64,000 nucleotides of DNA. Source: Candidatus Latescibacterota bacterium. GTDB taxonomy: Bacteria; Latescibacterota; UBA2968. Numbering within the stretch: the first letter of the stretch is position 1; each line of letters begins with the position of its first letter. Where the stretch lies: contig OZ242010.1 in assembly GCA_965204745.1 (NCBI GenBank), forward strand, positions 2,208,001-2,272,000, in the 5' to 3' direction. A program made the position numbers and the translations under genes. Below are positions 57,171 to 64,000 of this stretch, in pieces. A model generated the notes under the pieces. It was given only the letters and a program-made list of their open reading frames with translations. It made no database searches and had not been told where the DNA came from.

Positions 57171-58367
57171 TCACGTTTCCCGAAAGATCGTGTTCTCGCG
57201 CTCAAACCACTTGGCGCATCCGTATAGGCTAAGGCCCGCGAGGGCGATGAGCGAGGCATAGACCTCGAGCAACAAGGGAAAGGTGATGGTGCCGGACAAA
57301 ATATCTTTGGTCGCGAGGGAGATATTCAAAACCGGGATGAATGCCGTCACCGCATCGAGTTCAACGCCGGGCAAAAGCCCGAGCGCCGCGGGAACGATGA
57401 TCACGATATTGAGCGGCGTCATAATGCTCTGCGCCTCTTTGAAAGACCTGGCAAAAATGGACAGAGACATCAGCGCAGCCGCAAAAAAGATGATCAGGGG
57501 CAAAAACAGGGAAATGACCAAGAGAACCGAGGCAATGTCGAACGTCCCTTGCAGGGCTTGGAGAATTTTTGCGACGAGTTCCCGGCTAAGAAAAAACACA
57601 GAAAAAAGACCGATAAAACTGACGGTCACGGAAACGAATCCCGATAGCACGATCACACCACATTTGCCCAGCAAGATATGAAACCTGCTGACCGGTGCCA
57701 CGAGCAACGTCTCCAGCGTGCCGCGTTCTTTCTCTCCCGCGCCCAAGTCGATGGCCGGATACATACACCCCATAAACCCCATCAACACAAAAATATAAGG
57801 CAAAAACCCTCCGATGCTCTTTCCCACTTTCTCCCGCACAGACGCGATGTCGTGGCGTTGGACCTGCACGGGATCCACGATCTTTCGGTCGAGCGAAAGC
57901 CGCTGGAATCGGTCATCCACGAGTTGATTTTCGTAGTGCCGAATCAAACTGGTCAGGCGCGTGCGCGACTCGTTTAAGTTCTTGGACGAATTGAAATAGA
58001 GGTGAATCCGACCCGATTGCAAATCCGCGACTCGCGCGTCGAATTGCGCGTCAAAGCGAATCGCCGCATCCAAGCTGTCGGATTGAATCAAAGCGCGGAT
58101 CTCGTCCTCGCGCACATCTTCCCGAATCTTCAAATCCCCGCGCTTGAGCAAGGTATCGCGGAACGCAACCGCATTGCCGTGCGCGATCAACGCCACCGCG
58201 AGCGTTTTCGTCTTCGCCTTCTTCGCTTGCCGCATCGTCACCGCGCCCACGAGCGTGATCAACACCGGAAACAACAGCATCGGCAGGACGATCATCATCA
58301 CCATCGACCGCCTGTCGCGGGTAATGTCCTTGAACTCTTTTTTGAAAATCGTCAAAATGGGTTTCAC
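57171..58367 (-). CDS. ABC-2 permease, NatB-like
   Basis: IFKKEFKDITRDRR, AGEKERGTLETLL, ARSFKEAQ. Confidence 0.92.
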   Translation of the reverse strand: MKPILTIFKKEFKDITRDRRSMVMMIVLPMLLFPVLITLVGAVTMRQAKKAKTKTLAVALIAHGNAVAFRDTLLKRGDLKIREDVREDEIRALIQSDSLDAAIRFDAQFDARVADLQSGRIHLYFNSSKNLNESRTRLTSLIRHYENQLVDDRFQRLSLDRKIVDPVQVQRHDIASVREKVGKSIGGFLPYIFVLMGFMGCMYPAIDLGAGEKERGTLETLLVAPVSRFHILLGKCGVIVLSGFVSVTVSFIGLFSVFFLSRELVAKILQALQGTFDIASVLLVISLFLPLIIFFAAALMSLSIFARSFKEAQSIMTPLNIVIIVPAALGLLPGVELDAVTAFIPVLNISLATKDILSGTITFPLLLEVYASLIALAGLSLYGCAKWFERENTIFRET

Positions 58368-58518
58368 AACGACCTCTCCTGAAAATTGGAATTGTCCCAA
58401 TAGATGAAAACCTTTTTCATGGTTCTATTCTCCTAACAAAACGAAAGGGGCTCTCGCCTCTGCGTTTGAAAATCAGCAAGTTGTTTTGCCGACCGCTGAC
58501 TCGCCCTTCAGCCATCTC

Positions 58519-59286
58519 TCATGCCTCTTCAACAATGCGAATAAACTCATCTTCGAGCGTAGGCGTTTGCATCTGATCCTGAAACTCCGCAAACGTCCCG
58601 TCGAACCGCAACTGGCCCTTGTGAATAATGGCGAGGTCGTCACTGAGCAGGCTGACTTCCCCCATGCGGTGCGTGGAAAACAGCACGGTCTTTCCCGCAT
58701 CTCGGCAGTTGCGGATGAGGCGCACAATATTGCGCGACGTGACGACGTCGAGACCGGCGGTGGGTTCGTCGAACACGATGACATCGGGATCGTGAATGAT
58801 CGTGCGTACTATCGACACCTTTTGCTTCATGCCCGTGGAGAGCTTGCCAATGCGCCGGTCTGCAAATCCCTCCATGTCCAGCAACCCAAAGAGATGATCG
58901 CGCCGCCCTTGGTAATCCGCGCGGTTCAAGCCGTGCAAGTCCGCGAAATACTGCACCATTTCATCGGGCGTCAAGCGGTCGTACAAACCCGTGTTGCCCG
59001 TGAGAAAGCCGAGGTTTTGGCGCGCGGCATGGCTTTGTTCGACCGTGTCGTATCCCGCCACGCTGATGCGACCCGAGGTGGGTTTGAGCATGGTGGCGAT
59101 CATCCGCAGCGCAGTGGTCTTGCCCGCGCCATTGGGTCCCAACAGCGCGAACACGCGCCCGGGCCGGCACGTAAAACTGATATGCTGCACCGCGTCAATG
59201 GTATTCCCCTGAAACCCATCCTCCATCTCCCGCTTCTGCTGCCGCGACAGGGTGAAGGTTTTGACAATATTCTCTACGACAACCAT
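58519..59286 (-). CDS. ABC ATP-binding protein, NatA-like
   Basis: GPNGAGKT, LSTGMKQK, VFDEP, STH. Confidence 0.95.
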   Translation of the reverse strand: MVVVENIVKTFTLSRQQKREMEDGFQGNTIDAVQHISFTCRPGRVFALLGPNGAGKTTALRMIATMLKPTSGRISVAGYDTVEQSHAARQNLGFLTGNTGLYDRLTPDEMVQYFADLHGLNRADYQGRRDHLFGLLDMEGFADRRIGKLSTGMKQKVSIVRTIIHDPDVIVFDEPTAGLDVVTSRNIVRLIRNCRDAGKTVLFSTHRMGEVSLLSDDLAIIHKGQLRFDGTFAEFQDQMQTPTLEDEFIRIVEEA

Positions 59287-59399
59287 ACGCGCTCCGAGAT
59301 TGCGGTCCTAAAAGTGAGAAATCCAACTGCACTCCAACACTATATCATACCAAATTGAATTGCTGTTGTCCTGATGCGATATGCAGACAGCAAGCGATC

Positions 59400-59761
59400 C
59401 CTTTGACGTTCCGCAATCATTCAGAGAAGCCCTTGCAACCATGCCATCGCAAAAGCCCATCAGCTAAAGCCATCACGCACAGCGCGCAAGTCCGTCTCGC
59501 AACCAACATCCATGTAGCAACCCACTTTGCAGGCTGGCGCATGTCGTCCTGCTACAAAAGCGCTTTGCGCTGTGCAAGCCCCTCGGCGTTTGAGAGCGGC
59601 ATTTTTTGCCTACTTTTTTTTGCTGTTGAAAAAAAGTAGGTCGCCGAAGGCATCGGAGGCAACCAACGAGGCTGTAGGACCAAACGCCTTAAATGAGCAA
59701 GCAACACATTTGCTACTCTGTGCATAACGTCAGGAAAAAAATAAAATGTCAACACAACCTA
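59400..59761. mobile_element. MITE family A, inverted copy lacking one end
   Basis: Reverse-complement homologue of ~32793-33150; ends AAATGTCAACACAACCTA. Confidence 0.82.
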
Positions 59762-59810
59762 CGCATTTCGATTCGTAGATGACCTAAACGGTCAGTTGTA
59801 CCCCATCCGT

Positions 59811-59845
59811 AGATTCGCCGATTCGCCGATTCGCCGATTCGCCGA
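59811..59845. repeat. Octamer tandem (GATTCGCC)x4
   Basis: Read directly. Confidence 0.85.
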
Positions 59846-59917
59846 AACGAACATTTGACTTTGCCCGTTAGACATTGCAACTTGCACGCCCACCTGATGC
59901 GACTCAAAGGAGAAACC

Positions 59918-61159
59918 ATGGACAAACTCAACCTCGCGCTGATCGGTTGCGGCGGCATGGGAACGCGCCATTTGTATGGGCTGCGCGAACTGGCACGGAC
60001 GCCGTTTAACAACATCGCATTGCGCGCCCTGTGCGACCTCAACCGCGACAACGCCGAACTCGCCGCACGCGAAGCCGAACACTTGCTCGGCTCAAAACCG
60101 CCCGTCTTTACCTCGCTGGAAGCGATGGTGCAAGCCATCCCGGATTTGATGGCGGTCGATGTCGTCACCGATCCCTCTGTACATCACACAGTAGCGTGTC
60201 AGGCATTGGATATGGGATTGCACGTACTGGTGGAAAAGCCCATGGCCATTTCCGTGAAAGCCTGCCATGCCATGATCGCCGCCGCCGAGCGCAACCGGTG
60301 CAAATTGTCAGTCGCGGAAAATTACCGCCGCGATCCCTCTGCCCGCTTGACCCGGCACTTGCTGGACACCGGGCGCATTGGCACGCCGTATATGGCGACG
60401 CTACACGCCTTGCGCGGGGGCGATGAAATTTTTATCACGCCTTGGCGACATTTGAAAGACCGCGGCGGGCCATTGATCGACATGGGCGTGCATTATGCGG
60501 ACCTGATCCGCTACCAACTCGGGGATGTGGCAGAGGTCTATGGCGATGCGCGCTTGGTGGCGCCCATCCGCAAAAAACAGCGGGCCATCCGCGACAGGTA
60601 CGCATTTTACCAGCAACGATTTCGCGCCATGCCCAGCGAAGTACCGGCCACAGCAGAAGACACGGCCATGGCGATGTTGAAGATGGAAAGCGGCGTAACC
60701 GTGAGTTTTATCATGGGCATTGCCGGGCACGGCGCGTGCCGCAGCCAGTTGATCTTGGGCGACAAGGGGTGCTTGCAGAGCTTTGGCAACCGCGGCGGTC
60801 AAGCGATCTGGCGATCCGCAGATGGCGCGGTGCGGGATCAGAATGCGATTTTAGACGCCATTGATGACTTTGAATTGCATCCGCTCTTAGACCACTTTTT
60901 CCCCACCGTGAACAGCGCGGGCGACCAGGCCGTGGATTGGAAATTGATCGCGTATGAACAATACGAACTCGCCTGCGCGGTCTTAAACGACGATCCCATC
61001 GAGGTGGATGGCACAGAAGGCATGAAAGACGTCGCCGCCATCTACGCGATCTGCGAATCCGCCCGCGCAGGCCGCACAGTGACAGCAACAGAGGTCGAGC
61101 GCGGAGATGTGTACGCCTACCAAGCAGAGATCGACGATGCGCTGGGGATAGATATTTGA
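59918..61159 (+). CDS. Gfo/Idh/MocA family oxidoreductase
   Basis: ALIGCGGMG, HVLVEKPMA, DMGVH; AAAGGAG RBS. Confidence 0.93.
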   Translation: MDKLNLALIGCGGMGTRHLYGLRELARTPFNNIALRALCDLNRDNAELAAREAEHLLGSKPPVFTSLEAMVQAIPDLMAVDVVTDPSVHHTVACQALDMGLHVLVEKPMAISVKACHAMIAAAERNRCKLSVAENYRRDPSARLTRHLLDTGRIGTPYMATLHALRGGDEIFITPWRHLKDRGGPLIDMGVHYADLIRYQLGDVAEVYGDARLVAPIRKKQRAIRDRYAFYQQRFRAMPSEVPATAEDTAMAMLKMESGVTVSFIMGIAGHGACRSQLILGDKGCLQSFGNRGGQAIWRSADGAVRDQNAILDAIDDFELHPLLDHFFPTVNSAGDQAVDWKLIAYEQYELACAVLNDDPIEVDGTEGMKDVAAIYAICESARAGRTVTATEVERGDVYAYQAEIDDALGIDI

Positions 61160-61162
61160 AAC

Positions 61163-61768
61163 TCAGGCGAGGTACAAATTGCGGATGCGATCCAATGTCC
61201 GTTTCAAACTGACAGATGCAGAAGCAGCGCGTTCCAAATTCCAATGATCGCGCACGAACTCGGCAAAACGCGCGTTAAATCCCGTGCCGACTTTCGCGGT
61301 AGTCGCGCTCGGGGCGGGAACCAATTCGCGCTTTAATTTTGTTTTTCTACTCCTTCGCGCAAGCGAAACGAGAAACTCTTTGGGATTTTCTATGCGGTCA
61401 GTGCTTTGCGGAATCCGATTGAGAGGTATCGACAGAAATTCCGCGATGCCCCTGCGATCTGCCATAATCCAAGATTCGATTTCCACGACCGCAACGCGAA
61501 AAATGAACCCAGAGTTTAGAGGCACGCCAACCCAAGATTGAATGAGTTTTGACGGACAATTTTGGAGAGAATCCAAATCCGTCAACAGAAAGACATTGTA
61601 AAACCCCCTGGCTACTTGGTTGAGTCCGGGGGCTTTTTGTTGGAGATAAGAATTTCCCTTATATCCAATTCTCTGTGCGATTTCGAGACCGAAGTATTCG
61701 AGAATTTTAGTCGAAACCGCATCGCTGAGTCTATCCTCAACAGCGAGGATGAAGGGTTCTGATCTCAT
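61163..61768 (-). CDS. DUF4276-like (TOPRIM-like) protein
   Basis: AVED, LTDLD, VEIESWIMAD, NPKE; ATGA overlap with upstream ATPase. Confidence 0.75.
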   Translation of the reverse strand: MRSEPFILAVEDRLSDAVSTKILEYFGLEIAQRIGYKGNSYLQQKAPGLNQVARGFYNVFLLTDLDSLQNCPSKLIQSWVGVPLNSGFIFRVAVVEIESWIMADRRGIAEFLSIPLNRIPQSTDRIENPKEFLVSLARRSRKTKLKRELVPAPSATTAKVGTGFNARFAEFVRDHWNLERAASASVSLKRTLDRIRNLYLA

Positions 61769-62925
61769 TCCAATAAACTCAACTGTTCGGCCCGCTCGGG
61801 TCGGGTTCTCGGCAACACGGCTTCACCCACTGTAAAACCCGCCTCGAGAAGTGTTCGCACGGCATCGATGTCAGAGGCGATTTGTACTTCTGTGCCCTCT
61901 CGCGCCGCTGTGAGCAACAGCACTTCCCCGCCATCAATGCCCTGTTCCGTAAGCAGGGCATCGCTATGCGTGCTCACAAAGACCTGTGGCCGCCTGTTTC
62001 TTTGCATTCGGGAAATAAAAGGCGCGATTTGAGAAACGATTCCCGCATTCAATGACAACTCTGGCTCTTCTAATAAGAGCACGGAGTCGCTGTCGAGGAG
62101 AGACCACAACAAGCCCATAAGCCGGAGCGTCCCGTCGGAGAATTGGTCTTCGCGTTGCAACCCCGCATTGGGCCGCCAGTGGGAATAAAGGGCTTGCAAA
62201 TGAGGCCGCCCCGTGATTTCATCGCGGATAAATTCCAACTGATCGAGTTGGGGCACGGCAATTTTGAGGGCGCGTTCAATTTTTTGCAGGCGGGAACGGC
62301 GCGTCCTTTCCGTGACTCTGGCAAGCCTTTCCAAAAACCCTTGCCCAAAGGGATCTTCTTCGACAACCCTGCCCTGAATCGAATCGGCAAATCGCAAGAG
62401 TTGAGGCACCAGATGCAAATAGGTCATGGCTTGAAAAAACCGCACGAGTTCCCGAAAATCCGCATTGACATTGATTTGCTCGAGAAAAGTCTGCGTGAGG
62501 CGATCCCTGTCCGATTCGTCGCCCGCATCTGGCCTATCGAGAATTTGTTGACCCTCTTTCCACAGGCGTTCATAAGTGAGAAAGGGCTGGCGATACCCAC
62601 GGGGTTCTTGGCGAATCCCGATTGCATATCGCCAGGCGTCAGGCGCGTCTGCGTTGTCCGCGAGGTGAATTTCAATGGCGATTTCCGGATCTTGCCGCGC
62701 CGCCAAATTTCGGATTTTAGATACGCCCCCGCGGTCTTTGACCGCTTTTTGCAAGCCGCCCCCTTCGGCCTTGACGACATCTCGAAGAAAGCGAAAAATG
62801 TCGAGGAGATTGGATTTCCCCGACGCATTCGCGCCTACGATGAACTGGCGTTCGCGCAAGCGCGCATCGATGTGCCGAAAATTGCGCCAGTTTTTTGCGA
62901 TGAGACGCTTGATCATCATAGCCAC
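61765..62925 (-). CDS. Soluble ABC-fold (AAA_21-like) ATPase
   Basis: KNWRNF, GANASGKSN, FSDGT, LLEEPE, STHS. Confidence 0.92.
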   Translation of the reverse strand: MAMMIKRLIAKNWRNFRHIDARLRERQFIVGANASGKSNLLDIFRFLRDVVKAEGGGLQKAVKDRGGVSKIRNLAARQDPEIAIEIHLADNADAPDAWRYAIGIRQEPRGYRQPFLTYERLWKEGQQILDRPDAGDESDRDRLTQTFLEQINVNADFRELVRFFQAMTYLHLVPQLLRFADSIQGRVVEEDPFGQGFLERLARVTERTRRSRLQKIERALKIAVPQLDQLEFIRDEITGRPHLQALYSHWRPNAGLQREDQFSDGTLRLMGLLWSLLDSDSVLLLEEPELSLNAGIVSQIAPFISRMQRNRRPQVFVSTHSDALLTEQGIDGGEVLLLTAAREGTEVQIASDIDAVRTLLEAGFTVGEAVLPRTRPERAEQLSLLE

Positions 62926-62955
62926 GACCTCCCGATTGGAGTTGGATTTTCTTTT

Positions 62956-64000
62956 TTATTGTGTCACGCTCATGTACCCGATCAGCATTTCGTCAAAACT
63001 CTGCTCGCCCCAGCGGACCGTTGCAGAGGGATCGGGGTTCAATTTGTTTTTCGCCGAGTTATCAAAGACCGCATGGCTGACCACGCGCGTGCCGGCCGGG
63101 AGGGATTTGGGGGTTGCAAGCGTGTAAAATCGTTGCCAGTTGAACGTGTAATTCGGCACGGAAAGGAGGGTCTCGTGGCTACCATCCGGGTAGTGGGCCA
63201 CATAGCGGAAGCCCGCGCCGCGAAAGTGCATGTGGGGAAAGAGGCTGTAAAGCGTGACGTCCGTTTTGAAAATTTTGACAGACGAATCCCGGTGCGCGCT
63301 GGCATGGGGCGGGATTTTGATTTTCGGATTGGCCGGGCCGACCACGATGTTTTCCCGCAAATTTTGGGCGTCTGTAAAATACAGGCCCAACGCGCTCTCA
63401 TCCACTTCCGGCCGCCCCGTGGTCGTGTAGTGGAGTTGAAACTGAATTTTACTCCCCGCGGGTAACAACCGCGCCGTGCCCTCGGGCAACATCACCCCGT
63501 CCATGCCCGGTACATACGAGGCAAAAATACCGTCTAACCAGCGGTTCTCCGCGGGCTTCATCTCGTGGTTTTTGGGATAGATCACCCGCGCCAAGGCGTG
63601 GTGCATCGCCGTGGGATTGCCCGGCAAAAACTCCGTGCCGCGCACCCACACATCGCGGTCGATAGGCACGGTCATTTTGAGATACCGGTAATCCACAATG
63701 CCGGTTGCCGGGACTTCTTGGCGGGCCAACGCCATGACCAAATCCGGTTGCCCATACGCCCAAGTCGTGGCGTGCGTGGGATTGTCAGCCAAGGGATCAC
63801 CCCCCTCCCCACGCGGCGCGCCGGCTTCTATCCAATGGATGAGGGTTTGTTCTTCGGGAATGCCGAGCGACATGTCATTGCTAAACGTGCCGAAGTGCGG
63901 GTCCGCGTGCCACGGGGGCATGCGCCGGGTTCGCACCACCTCGCGCATCATCGGCGCCCAGCCCGCGATGTCTTTGTACTCGGTCATATCAAACGGGGCA
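62956..64000 (-). CDS. Copper type II ascorbate-dependent monooxygenase-like protein (5'-truncated)
   Basis: MHHAL, QLHY, PHMH, DEM copper ligands; MPPW; frame open to window edge. Confidence 0.85.
   Translation of the reverse strand, partial: APFDMTEYKDIAGWAPMMREVVRTRRMPPWHADPHFGTFSNDMSLGIPEEQTLIHWIEAGAPRGEGGDPLADNPTHATTWAYGQPDLVMALARQEVPATGIVDYRYLKMTVPIDRDVWVRGTEFLPGNPTAMHHALARVIYPKNHEMKPAENRWLDGIFASYVPGMDGVMLPEGTARLLPAGSKIQFQLHYTTTGRPEVDESALGLYFTDAQNLRENIVVGPANPKIKIPPHASAHRDSSVKIFKTDVTLYSLFPHMHFRGAGFRYVAHYPDGSHETLLSVPNYTFNWQRFYTLATPKSLPAGTRVVSHAVFDNSAKNKLNPDPSATVRWGEQSFDEMLIGYMSVTQ

Overview
Bacterial chromosomal window, GC-rich, with no rRNA, tRNA or true CRISPR array recognisable. Metabolic and housekeeping genes include lepB (5'-truncated), an FKBP PPIase, a nucleotide pyrophosphatase-family enzyme, a sulfatase, two TIM-barrel sugar isomerases, a NUDIX hydrolase, a GT87-like glycosyltransferase, cspA, an SDR, an S9 peptidase, a NatAB-like ABC exporter and a Gfo/Idh/MocA oxidoreductase. 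The main feature is a ~19 kb island (9313-28384) bounded by a perfect 38-bp direct repeat. It holds a tandem array of large secreted modular proteins built from shared DNA cassettes (cadherin-like beta-sandwich, internalin-type 22-aa LRR, Ig/Big, FN3, He_PIG, GLUG, two kinds of dockerin/EF-hand-like C-terminal module) plus a toxin-antitoxin pair. The LRRs have a nearly invariant 42-bp framework and a hypervariable 24-bp segment in which codon positions 1-2 change while position 3 is largely retained; this is the best candidate for an undescribed receptor/adhesin diversification system. Also notable: two paralogous DUF6785/DUF6784-like polytopic membrane proteins with a 1508-aa degenerate-M28/FtsX fusion, a degenerate-5'-nucleotidase/tetraheme cytochrome/thioredoxin fusion, a GXGXG+VWA pair, an ABC-ATPase+DUF4276-like pair, several MITE/REP families and 7-9-bp intergenic microsatellites. 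The gene content resembles host (e.g. sponge)-associated Latescibacterota/Poribacteria-like bacteria, but that is inference. All family names come from motif recognition by eye, not from database searches.
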